A stretch of 64,000 bases of DNA from an uncultured Actinomycetota bacterium (GTDB lineage: Bacteria > Actinomycetota > Actinomycetes > Mycobacteriales > QHCD01): assembly GCA_963775655.1 (NCBI GenBank), contig CAVZJT010000007.1, positions 680,230 to 744,229 on the forward strand, written 5' to 3'. Shown here piece by piece: positions 42,332 through 51,920 of this stretch. Below the pieces are notes generated by a model, which saw only the letters and a program-made list of their open reading frames with translations, ran no database searches and was not told the origin of the DNA. The first letter of the stretch is position 1. Every line of letters begins with the position of its first letter. Made by a program: the position numbers and the translations under genes.

Positions 42332-43011
42332 GGCGGCGTCTCGCGGAGCGCGTAACCGACGCCGCGCACGGTGTGGATCAGCCGGTTCTCGCCCTCGGCT
42401 TCGGTCTTGCGGCGCAGGTAGCCGATGTAGACCTCGAGCGAGTTCTCGGTGGTCGGGAAGTCGTAGCCCCACACCTCCTCGAGGATGCGGGCCCGGCTGA
42501 GCACCTGGCGCGGGTTGCGCAGCAGCAGTTCGAGCAGGCTGAACTCGGTCCGGGTGAGCCGGATCTGCCGGTCGCCGCGGCGGACCTCCCGGGTGCCCGG
42601 GTCGAGGGAGAGGTCGGCGAAGGTCAGCGACTCGTCGTCGGTGACCTCACCGTGGGTACGGCGCAGCAGCGCCCGCAGCCGGGCCAGCAACTCCTCGAGG
42701 GCGAACGGCTTGGGCAGGTAGTCGTCGGCGCCGGCGTCGAGCCCGGCCACCCGGTCGGAGACGGCGTCGCGCGCGGTGAGCACCAGGACCGGCAGGTCGT
42801 CGCCGGCCGCCCGCAGCCGGCGGCAGGTCGCGAGCCCGTCCAGGCCGGGCATCATCACGTCGAGCACCATGGCGTCGGGCCGGTTGGCCGCGACCACGCG
42901 CAGCGCCTCGAATCCGTCCGCCGCCAGCTCGACGTCGTACCCGTTGAAGGTCAGCGACCGGCGCAGCGACTCGCGCACCGGCCGGTCGTCGTCGACTACC
43001 AAGATCCGCAC
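42328..43011 (-). CDS. mprA: OmpR-family response regulator (MprA-like)
   Basis: GTG at 43011 (V29 of the track ORF). [16 protein letters not shown]...DVMMPGLDG...ADDYLPKPF, with a winged-helix C-terminus. Confidence 0.9.
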   Translation of the reverse strand: MRILVVDDDRPVRESLRRSLTFNGYDVELAADGFEALRVVAANRPDAMVLDVMMPGLDGLATCRRLRAAGDDLPVLVLTARDAVSDRVAGLDAGADDYLPKPFALEELLARLRALLRRTHGEVTDDESLTFADLSLDPGTREVRRGDRQIRLTRTEFSLLELLLRNPRQVLSRARILEEVWGYDFPTTENSLEVYIGYLRRKTEAEGENRLIHTVRGVGYALRETPP

Positions 43012-43031
43012 CCGGCCAGTGTGCCGCGACC

Positions 43032-43050
43032 GGCTGAAGGTCGGCTGAGA
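43032..43050 (-). promoter_or_regulatory. MprA-box-like 8-3-8 direct repeat TCTCAGCC-GAC-CTTCAGCC upstream of mprA
   Basis: Minus-strand reading. Followed by 8 nt, CACACT (43023-43018), 6 nt, then the mprA GTG. Confidence 0.45.
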
Positions 43051-43090
43051 AGCGGGTTGCCGCGCCCCCGGCGCGTCGCCCGTGCGCGCC

Positions 43091-43160
43091 CCCATTCCGC
43101 ATCAACGTGACGTTGATGCGGCTAGAGCGCTTGAACGTGACGTTCAAGCGGAATGGCGGG
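43091..43160. repeat. 70-bp nested-palindrome unit, copy 1 (A type, solo)
   Basis: CCCATTCCGCATCAACGTGACGTTGATGCGGCTAGAGCGCTTGAACGTGACGTTCAAGCGGAATGGCGGG. Confidence 0.9.
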
Positions 43161-43238
43161 CCGCGCTCCGATGGCGTGCGGCGTCGATCTGGTCGGCCGT
43201 GGTCCGACATCGTGCGCCGTACGCGGCGTCCTCCGCCG

Positions 43239-43308
43239 CCCATTCCGCATCAACGTGACGTTGATGCGGCTAGAGCGCTTGAACGTGACGTTCAAGCGGA
43301 ATGGCGGG
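43239..43308. repeat. 70-bp nested-palindrome unit, copy 2 (A type)
   Basis: Identical to copy 1. Followed after 4 bp by copy 3. Confidence 0.9.
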
Positions 43309-43312
43309 CCAC

Positions 43313-43382
43313 CGCATTTGGCATCAACGTGACGTTGATGCCGCTAGATGGCTTGAACGTGACGTTCAAGCCGAATGGAGGG
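43313..43382. repeat. 70-bp nested-palindrome unit, copy 3 (B type)
   Basis: CGCATTTGGCATCAACGTGACGTTGATGCCGCTAGATGGCTTGAACGTGACGTTCAAGCCGAATGGAGGG. Confidence 0.9.
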
Positions 43383-43398
43383 GCGCGCCCCGTGCGGG

Positions 43399-45033
43399 TC
43401 AGGGGTCGCCGAGGACCGCGCGCGCCGCGAGACCCAGCGGCAGGCTGCCGCTCCCGGCGATCGCCGCGTGGAAGTCGGCCAACGGCGCTCCCGGGTTGGC
43501 GGCCCGCCAGCGCTCCCGGATCGCTTCGATCTCCAAGGCCCCGGTGAGGTACGACGCCGCCTGCGTCGGCCAGGCGCAGTAGCGCCGGACCTCGACCTCG
43601 GCGGTGTCCCGGGAGAGCGAGGCCTTGGTCGCCATCGTGTCAACCGCCTCCTCGACGCTCATGTCGCCGGCGTGCAGCGCGGTGTCGACCACGATCCGGG
43701 CGGCCCGGAAGATCCGGGCGTCGAGGTGGGCGAGCACGTGCCGCTGGTCGGTGAAGAAGCCCTCCTCATACATCATCCGCTCGGCGTAGAGCGCCCATCC
43801 CTCGCCGAAGTAGGGCGTGCCGAGCAGCTTGCGGATCGGCCGCGTGCCGCCGGCCGACCAGGTGCGGTGCCAGTGGTGTCCGGGGTAGGCCTCGTGCACC
43901 GAGATGGTCGGGATCGATGCGCTGGCGTTGGTCTGCAGCCGCTGCTGGACCTGCTCCGCACTCGCGTCGTCGGCGGTGAACGGGACGAAGAAGTGCCCCA
44001 GCCGCCGGTCGGTCAGCGGCGGGGGACCGGCGTACGACGCCACCGCCAGCACCGGCCGCTGGAACACCGGGGCGGGCACGACCGCGCACTCCTCGCCGTC
44101 GGCGAACGGCACGAGCTTCCGGTCGCGCAGGAAGTCCCGGGCCTGCCCGGTCGCCGTCTCGTACTCCTGGCGCAGGGTCTCGAGGGTGGGCGCGTGTTCC
44201 TGGTTGAGCTCCTTCATCACGGCGAGCCAGTCCGGCCCGCCGCCCGGCATGTTCTCGGCGACCTTGCGCATCTCGGCGTCCAACTCGTCGTAGGCCGCCT
44301 GCCCGCGCCGATGCAGCGAGTTCGCGTCGAAGTCGAGCTGCTCCCGCTCGGCGAGCAGCGCGGAGTACAGCGGTTCGCCCAGCCGCCAGTCGCCGCCGGC
44401 GCGCTCGCCGAGGCCCTCCAGCCACTCCGCGAACCGCTCGAAGGCGAGTGCCGCCTCGGCCGCGCCGGCCGTGAGGGCGGTCCGCAGCCGCGGGTCCTCG
44501 GCCTCGGCCGGCAGGTAGTCGCGGGCGTAGCGGACGGCCGACCGGGCCTGCCCGATCGCCCGGTCGACGAGCAGCCGGGGAGTGAGCTCCGGGTCGAGGT
44601 TGGCCATCGCCGCGTCGAGGACGTCGGGGACCTGCCGCAGCCGGGCGACCGCGGCGTCGACAAGTTCGGCCTCCGGGTGCAGCCGGTGCAGGAAGAGCGC
44701 GTGCGGGCCGCGCAGGCACGGCTCGAGGTAGGTCGCGGGATCGCGTCGCCAGTCCGGTTGTTCGGCGAGCAGCACCCGGCCGCGCAACGTCGCGATCGCG
44801 AGGTCGCGGTCGATCCGCGCGTCGGCGTCCAGCCCGTCGTCGGCCACGCCGGTGAAGGTGGCGTGCCATTCGCGGTCGCGGGACGCGCGGCGTTCGCGGG
44901 CCGAGGCGGAGAAGTCGCCGAGCCGGTCGTCGTAGCCCACGGCACCGGCCGCCGACGCCATGACAGGTCGGTCCTCGAACTCCTCGGCGATGAACTGGTC
45001 CAGCAGGGTGGCGAGGTCCTGACTCTGCGGCAT
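43399..45033 (-). CDS. DUF885-family protein (putative metallopeptidase-like)
   Basis: ATG at 45033 (M281 of the 824-aa track ORF). 544 aa with HEAYPGHHWH and GEGWALYAE motifs, as I recall for DUF885. Confidence 0.75.
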   Translation of the reverse strand: MPQSQDLATLLDQFIAEEFEDRPVMASAAGAVGYDDRLGDFSASARERRASRDREWHATFTGVADDGLDADARIDRDLAIATLRGRVLLAEQPDWRRDPATYLEPCLRGPHALFLHRLHPEAELVDAAVARLRQVPDVLDAAMANLDPELTPRLLVDRAIGQARSAVRYARDYLPAEAEDPRLRTALTAGAAEAALAFERFAEWLEGLGERAGGDWRLGEPLYSALLAEREQLDFDANSLHRRGQAAYDELDAEMRKVAENMPGGGPDWLAVMKELNQEHAPTLETLRQEYETATGQARDFLRDRKLVPFADGEECAVVPAPVFQRPVLAVASYAGPPPLTDRRLGHFFVPFTADDASAEQVQQRLQTNASASIPTISVHEAYPGHHWHRTWSAGGTRPIRKLLGTPYFGEGWALYAERMMYEEGFFTDQRHVLAHLDARIFRAARIVVDTALHAGDMSVEEAVDTMATKASLSRDTAEVEVRRYCAWPTQAASYLTGALEIEAIRERWRAANPGAPLADFHAAIAGSGSLPLGLAARAVLGDP

Positions 45034-45059
45034 GAAGGAGACCCTAACCGTCCGCCAGG

Positions 45060-46043
45060 TCAGAGGCCGATCAAGGTCTGCCGGTCCTCGGCACCGAGCA
45101 GAGCCGGCGCGTCCGGTGCCGGGCCGCGCTCGCGGGTGGAGAAGAACAGCCGCGCCGTCGCGATCGTCGCCAGCGTGGCACCCGCGATGTGTACGCCGAC
45201 CAGCACGGCCGGCACGTGCGTGAAGTACTGCACGTAGCCGACCACCGCCTGCAGCACGACGACCCCGAGGAGGACGACCGCCCGACGCTGCGTACGCCGC
45301 GGTGCCCGGGTGGCCCGCAGGCCGAGGATCAGGGCGATCACGAGACCGACGTAGAGGAAGACGAGGTCGGCGTGGAACTGGGTGATCATGGTCGGGTCCC
45401 ACCCGAGCCGCCGGGTGTGGATGTCGCCGGCATGCGGTCCGGTCGCGGTCACCAACGTGCCGGCGACCAGCGTGGCCATGAGTACGACGACGAGGATCCG
45501 GATGCCGAGTTGGATCTCGCGTCGGACGAGCAGAGCGGGCGGGTCGTCGCCCTCCGTCGTACGGGCGTGCAGCCACACCGCGACGTAGGTCAGCACCATC
45601 GACAGCAGGAAGTGCGGGGCGACCGTCAGCGGGTTGAGCTTCTCGAGCACGGTAATGCCGCCGAGCACGGCCTGGGCGATGACGCCGAGGGGGAGGAGCA
45701 ACGCGATCGCGCGCACGTCCCGCCGACGCGGGCGCAGCCGCCAGGCGGCGACGACGCAAGCGACCGCGGTGGCGAAGACCAGGAAGGTGAGCAGCCGGTT
45801 GCCGAACTCGATCCCCTGGTGCACCGCGCCGGTCGGGTTGCCGGCGGTCGGCAGCAGGCTGCCGTTGGTGCACTGCGGCCAGGTGGGGCAGCCGAGCCCG
45901 GACTCCGAGAGCCGGACCGCGCCTCCGGTGACCGCGATCCCGGCATTGGCGACGATGGCCGCCACCGCGAGACCCCGCATCAGCCGCGGGCTCGTCGGCG
46001 TGTCACGCATCCGGCGGTACGCCGTCGCCAGGCCGTCCGTCAC
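45060..46043 (-). CDS. ctaA: heme A synthase (COX15/CtaA)
   Basis: C-terminal part of track ORF 45060..46877. GGAVRLSESGLGCPTWPQC, multiple TM spans with His residues. Start is uncertain (GTG 46043, ATG 46010 or ATG 45980). Confidence 0.85.
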   Translation of the reverse strand: MTDGLATAYRRMRDTPTSPRLMRGLAVAAIVANAGIAVTGGAVRLSESGLGCPTWPQCTNGSLLPTAGNPTGAVHQGIEFGNRLLTFLVFATAVACVVAAWRLRPRRRDVRAIALLLPLGVIAQAVLGGITVLEKLNPLTVAPHFLLSMVLTYVAVWLHARTTEGDDPPALLVRREIQLGIRILVVVLMATLVAGTLVTATGPHAGDIHTRRLGWDPTMITQFHADLVFLYVGLVIALILGLRATRAPRRTQRRAVVLLGVVVLQAVVGYVQYFTHVPAVLVGVHIAGATLATIATARLFFSTRERGPAPDAPALLGAEDRQTLIGL

Positions 46044-46090
46044 CCGCCGATCGTAGGCGTCGCCTCCCGGGCGCCCGCAGTGCGGGCCGC

Positions 46091-46877
46091 TCACTCCCAG
46101 CGGAACGTCGCCGCGGCCGCGGTCAGGGCGATCACGGCCCACACGGCCAGGGTCGCCGCGTCGTGCAGCGGCACCGGCCGGCCGTCGCGGAGGACGGCCC
46201 GCAGGCCATGGGCGAGCGCCGTGGTCGGCAGGTATCCGAGCCAGGTCGCCAGCCCGTGGGGGAACTTCGACAGCGGGAAGATGACGTCGCCGAGGAAGAG
46301 CAGCACGAACCAGACCACGTTGGCGGCCGCCAGCGTCGCCTCCGCCCGCAAGGTGCCGGCCAGCAACAGCCCGAGCCCGGCGAAGGCCGCCGTACCGAGG
46401 ACGACGAGCAGCGCCACCGAGGCGGCCGACCCGTGCGGCTGCCAGCCGACGGCCAGTCCGACCAGGCAGATCACCGCGATCTGCGACTATCTCCACACAG
46501 ACGACGGCACAGGTCTTGCCCAGCAACAGCACCGACCGGGGCAGGGCGGTCACCCCGAGGCGTTTCAGGATTCCGTACTTGCGTTCGAAGGCGGTCGCGA
46601 TCGCCTGCCCGGTGAACGCCGCCGACATGATCGCCAGCGCCAGGACGCCCGGGACGAAGAAGCCGGCCCGGCTCCCTCCGACGCTGACGAACGGCTCCAG
46701 GACGAGCACGAGGACGAGCAGCAACGGGATGATGAGGTTGAGCAGGAGTTGCTCGCCGTTGCGCAGGATGAGCTTGAGCTCCATCCAGGTCTGGGCCGCC
46801 AGCATCCGCGGCAGCGGTGCGGTGCCCGGTCGCGGGATGAAGGTGCCGGGCCGCAGCGGCGCGATGTCGTCGGTCAC
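46091..46877 (-). pseudogene. ABC-2-type exporter permease, interrupted by an apparent +1 frameshift near 46484
   Basis: The N-terminal 131 codons are in the frame of ORF 45060..46877 (...LLLGKTCAVVCVEIV). The C-terminal part is in the frame of ORF 46091..46474 (QIAVICLVGLAVGWQPH...). Removing one base restores a continuous, plausible TM sequence. The GTG start forms a GTGA overlap with the ATPase stop. Confidence 0.7.
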
Positions 46878-47827
46878 GACCGCAGCTCCCGCCCGGTGAG
46901 ATCGAGGAAGACGTCCTCCAGCGACCGCTGCTCGATCTGCAGGTCGCGGGCCATGACGTCATGGCGGGCGCACCAGGCCGTGACCACGGCCAGCAGCTCG
47001 GGGTCGACCGGACCTTCGACCAGGTAGCACCCGGGCGTCGGCTCGCTGGCCCGGAAGCCGTCCGGCAGGACTTCCCCGAGGTCGGCGAGGTCGAGGCCGC
47101 CGGGCGCGCGGAATCGCAGCTGTCCCTTCGCGCCGCCCTGGGTGAGTTCCGCCGGCGACCCGTCGGCGACGCACCGGCCGTGGTCGATCACCACGACCCG
47201 GTCGGCGAGCTGCTCCGCCTCTTCCATGTAATGAGTGGTCAGCACGACGCTGACGCCATCCGCCCGGAGGGCCCGCACGACGTCCCAGGTCGCGTGCCGC
47301 GCCTGCGGGTCGAGCCCGGCCGTCGGCTCGTCGAGGAAGACCAATTCCGGTCGGGCGACGATCGCCATCGCCAGCGACAGCCGCTGCTTCTGCCCGCCGG
47401 AGAGCCGACGGTACGGCGTCCGTTCGACGCTGCGCAGACCCAGCCGCTCCAGCAGTTCGTCGCAGTCGAGGGGCTCACGCGCGTAGGCCGCAAGCAGCCG
47501 GAGCATCTCGCCGGCCCGGGCGCCCATGTAGGCGCCGCCGCCCTGCAGCATGGCGCCGACCCGGGGCCGCAGCGACGCGCGGTCCTTGATCGGATCGAGA
47601 CCGAGTACCCGTACCGTGCCGCCGTCCGGTCGGCGGAAGCCTTCGCACGTCTCGACGGTGGACGTCTTGCCGGCGCCGTTCGGGCCGAGCAGTGCCAGCA
47701 CACCGGCGCGGGGTGCGACCAGCGACAAGCCCGCGACGGCGACGAGATCGCCGTAGCGCTTGACGAGTCCGCGGACCTCCAGCGCGGGGACATCGGATCG
47801 TACTGCCCCGTTCGCGGAAAGTCCCAC
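46874..47827 (-). CDS. ABC transporter ATP-binding protein (partner of the ABC-2 permease)
   Basis: LEVRGLVKRYGDLVAVAGLSL...LLGPNGAGKTST, LSGGQKQRL, LVFLDEPTAGLD. Start is uncertain (GTG 47827 chosen, no clear SD). Confidence 0.85.
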   Translation of the reverse strand: MGLSANGAVRSDVPALEVRGLVKRYGDLVAVAGLSLVAPRAGVLALLGPNGAGKTSTVETCEGFRRPDGGTVRVLGLDPIKDRASLRPRVGAMLQGGGAYMGARAGEMLRLLAAYAREPLDCDELLERLGLRSVERTPYRRLSGGQKQRLSLAMAIVARPELVFLDEPTAGLDPQARHATWDVVRALRADGVSVVLTTHYMEEAEQLADRVVVIDHGRCVADGSPAELTQGGAKGQLRFRAPGGLDLADLGEVLPDGFRASEPTPGCYLVEGPVDPELLAVVTAWCARHDVMARDLQIEQRSLEDVFLDLTGRELRS

Positions 47828-48165
47828 GCCAGCGAGGATATGTCGGCACAACCGCGGGTCGCCCGGCAGGTCAGCGCGGTCGCGACGCGACCTGTGGCGA
47901 ATCGTGACAACGGTGGACGAGTGCACCGCAAACGCTGCCCCGACCCGTAAATGATCATGCCGGAGATGCTTGCGCGCCCTAGGTTGCACCCCCTAGCCTC
48001 CCGTCAGCATTAACCCGAGTTCGTATGACGACATAGGACTGACGCCTCCGGCATGACGCCGGCAACCGGCCCGGTCGCTCGACGGGACAGCGTTCTCCGC
48101 CGGGTCGAGTCGGCGGTCCGGCGCGTGTTCCCCGGTCGTTCAATCCATTGGAGGAGCTAGGGATT

Positions 48166-49930
48166 ATGGCCGACCTGCCACATCTGCACCGGACCCGCAG
48201 ACAGTTTCTTGCCGATGCCGCGATTCTGGGTGCTGGAGCCACGTTGGGCGGGGGCCTACTGAGCGCGTGTACCGGCGCGAAGGGAGGCGCGACGGGCAAA
48301 CGGGCGCAGACGTTGTTCGTCGCCGGCTTCCAGTGGGGACCGCCGACGAACTTCAATCCGCTGAGCCCGACCGCGGCCTGGCCGGCCGGGGAGAACACCG
48401 AGCAGTACATCTACGAGACGCTGTTCGGATTCGACCTGCTCGACGGCAGCCTGAAGCCGGCGCTGGCCAAATCGCTGCAGTTCCAGAACAAGACGACGGC
48501 GATCGTCACGCTGCAGAACGGCACGCACTGGCAGGACGGCAAGCCGTTGACCGCTGACGACGTGGTCTACACCTTCGAGCTCGCCAAGCGTCACAAGGAG
48601 ATCTCCTACGCGACCTTCTGGGACTACGTCAGCGCGATCTCAAAGGTCAATGCCACGACGGTGAAGGTGAGCCTGAACTCCAGCAGGCTGAACCCCGGAA
48701 TGGTGAAGGGCTCGCTGGCCGGGACCTACATCCTGCCGGCCCACGTGTGGGAGGGCGTGGAGAAGAAGAACTCGCAGATCACGCAGTACACCAACATGAA
48801 GCCGATGGGCTCCGGGCCCTACACGCTCGCCAACAGCAGCGCGACCCAGGTCGCGATGAATCGCACCGACAGCTACTGGGGCAAGTCCGCGCACGGCAGC
48901 CTGCCGCACCCGCGCTACATCGTGCACCCCATCTTCAAGGACAACGACGCCGGCGACCTCGCCTTCCAGCAGGGTCAGGTCGACGTCTCGCAGCAGTTCA
49001 CGCCCCAGATCTGGCAGATGTGGGAGAACAAGCACCTCCCCGTGCAGACACTGGTACGACAAGTCGCCCTATCACGTGCCCGGCAGCATCCCGATGCTCG
49101 TCGTCAACACCACGAAGAAGGGCCTCGACAACGTCAAGGTGCGGCTGGCGCTGGCGCACGCCATCAACTACGCGCAGATCGCCAACACCGCCATGTCGCG
49201 GTATTCCAAGCCGGCCAACTCCAGCGTGGTCCTGCCGACCGGTGCCGAGGCGGAGTACTTCAACCCCGCGAACGTGAAGGCCAACGGCTGGAGCTACGAC
49301 CCGCACAAGGCGGTCCAGATCCTCGAGCAGGAGCTGCACTGCAAGAAGGGCAGCGACGGCATCTACCGCCTTCCGGACGGGACGCGGCTCGGTCCGTGGA
49401 CCGCGCAGACCCCGACCGGGTGGTCGGACTGGCAGACCGGGCTGCAGGTCGTCGCCTCGAGCGCGAAGGCCGTCGGCATCGACATCCAGACGCAGTTCCC
49501 GCAGGCACCGCAGGTCACCCAGGCCGTGCAGAACGGCGACTTCGACCTGGCGTGCTGGGGCGTGTCCGGCGTGAGCCCGGCGACGCCGTGGCAGCGTTTC
49601 CGCGACGTGCTGGACTCCCGGGGCGTGCCGAAGGCCGGGCAGTCGGCGTTCTACAACTACGGCCGCTTCCATGACAGCCGGGTGGGGCCGCTCCTCGACA
49701 AGGTGGCGACGCTCAACGGTGCGCAGGCGAAGGAGATCTACACCGAGCTCGACAAGATCTTCATGCAGAACGCACCGATGATCCCGTTGATGTACCGGCC
49801 ACTGGAGTTCTTCGAGTACAACGCCTCGACGTGGACCGGCTGGCCGAACTCCAAGCACCCCACCGCGCCACCGCAGTTCTCCGGCGCCGGATCGATGTGG
49901 CTCTACCAGATCAAGCCCAAGTCCGCGTGA
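48166..49930 (+). pseudogene. family-5 (peptide/nickel type) ABC solute-binding lipoprotein, interrupted by an apparent +1 frameshift near 49048-49051
   Basis: ATG at 48166 after GGAGGAG. Tat/lipobox signal RRQFLADAAILGAGATLGGGLLSAC. The frame of ORF 48148..49674 is protein-like up to ...WENKHLPVQT. It continues as WYDKSPYHVPGSIPMLVVNTTKKGL... in the frame of ORF 49076..49930. Confidence 0.7.
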
Positions 49931-49979
49931 CGGCGTTCCTGCGGTCAGACGGGGGCCGCGGAGCGGGAGGTGACCTGGG

Positions 49980-50987
<1,008 letters not shown>

Positions 50988-50990
50988 GCC

Positions 50991-51920
50991 ATGGGCCTTG
51001 CGCGACTCACTCCACGCTTCTACATCGGTGCCGGCATATTCATTCTCATCGTGCTGTTCGCCTTCCTCGGCCCGGTGATCTTCTCCGGGACACCCGGCAC
51101 GGTCGTCGGCGGTCTCTACGACCACCCGTCCGGCCATGCCTGGCTCGGCACCGACAACCTCGGCCACGACGTGTTCGCCAACCTGATGTACGGGACCCGG
51201 ACGTCGCTGATCATCGGGTTGATCGCCGGGACGGTGGCCACCTTGATCGGTGTGGTGACGGGCACCTTCGCGGGCTACAAGGGCGGCATCCTCGAGGAAT
51301 CCCTGATGGGCTTCACCAACGTCGTTCTCGCGATCCCGTCGATCGTCGTCCTGATCCTGCTGTCGATCGCGCTGCACTCGCGCTCGGAGCTCACCCTCGC
51401 CCTCGTCATCGGTGTCACGAGCTGGCCCTGGACGGCACGCGCGGTGCGGGCACAGGCGAACAGCGTGAAGACCCGGGAACACATCGATGTGGCCCGGCTG
51501 TCGGGCGCGAGTTCGTTCAGCCTCATCAGCTTCGACGTACTGCCCTACATCCTGAGCTACGTCTGCATGGCGTTCGTGCTGCAGGTCGCCGGCGCGATCC
51601 TCGCCGAGGCGGGCCTGTCCATGCTGGGCCTGGGGCCGAGTGACGGCGTCTCGCTCGGCATCATGCTGCACTGGGCACTCGCGTGGGAGTCGATGCGCAC
51701 CGGCGCCTGGTGGGCGTTCGTGCCGCCGACCCTGCTGCTGACCCTGATCGCGTTCTCCCTGCTGATGTTGCAGTCGAGCCTCGACGAGGTGTTCAACCCG
51801 CGGCTGCGCCGTGGTGGGACGCGGCTGCGGTCGGTGCCGGTCACCGAGCCGGCCACGGCGGCTGGTTTCGCCTCCGCCGGCGAGGCGGCCGCCATCGAGA
51901 TCGAGGGGGCCAACCGGTGA
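50991..51920 (+). CDS. peptide-type ABC transporter permease (DppC/OppC-like)
   Basis: 309 aa. HAWLGTDNLGHDVFANLMYGTRTSL, EAA-type loop. Confidence 0.88.
   Translation: MGLARLTPRFYIGAGIFILIVLFAFLGPVIFSGTPGTVVGGLYDHPSGHAWLGTDNLGHDVFANLMYGTRTSLIIGLIAGTVATLIGVVTGTFAGYKGGILEESLMGFTNVVLAIPSIVVLILLSIALHSRSELTLALVIGVTSWPWTARAVRAQANSVKTREHIDVARLSGASSFSLISFDVLPYILSYVCMAFVLQVAGAILAEAGLSMLGLGPSDGVSLGIMLHWALAWESMRTGAWWAFVPPTLLLTLIAFSLLMLQSSLDEVFNPRLRRGGTRLRSVPVTEPATAAGFASAGEAAAIEIEGANR

Noticed and set aside
43107-43582. Track ORFs 43107..43547 (+) and 43301..43582 (+), and in the right array 53657..53872 (-), 53869..54258 (-), 53906..54124 (+), 53943..54155 (-) and 53998..54282 (+). Several of these (43107, 53906, 53657, 53943, 53869) begin with similar peptides (MTLMRL.RLNVTFK.NGG / [17 protein letters not shown]).
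   Set aside because: The shared peptides are simply translations of the 70-bp palindromic repeat read in both directions. The ORFs have no SD, overlap each other on both strands, and the rest of each is Arg/Pro-rich GC-frame noise.
45060-46877. A single 605-aa ORF spanning ctaA and the ABC-2 permease. The same applies to 1456..3087 (543 aa), 29141..31450 (769 aa), 6631..9240 (869 aa), 43399..45873 (824 aa) and 10896..14660 (1254 aa) taken as full-length proteins.
   Set aside because: The upstream parts are compositionally non-protein-like read-through of neighbouring genes or intergenic DNA. Internal starts with an SD or 4-nt overlaps give proteins of canonical length and N-termini.
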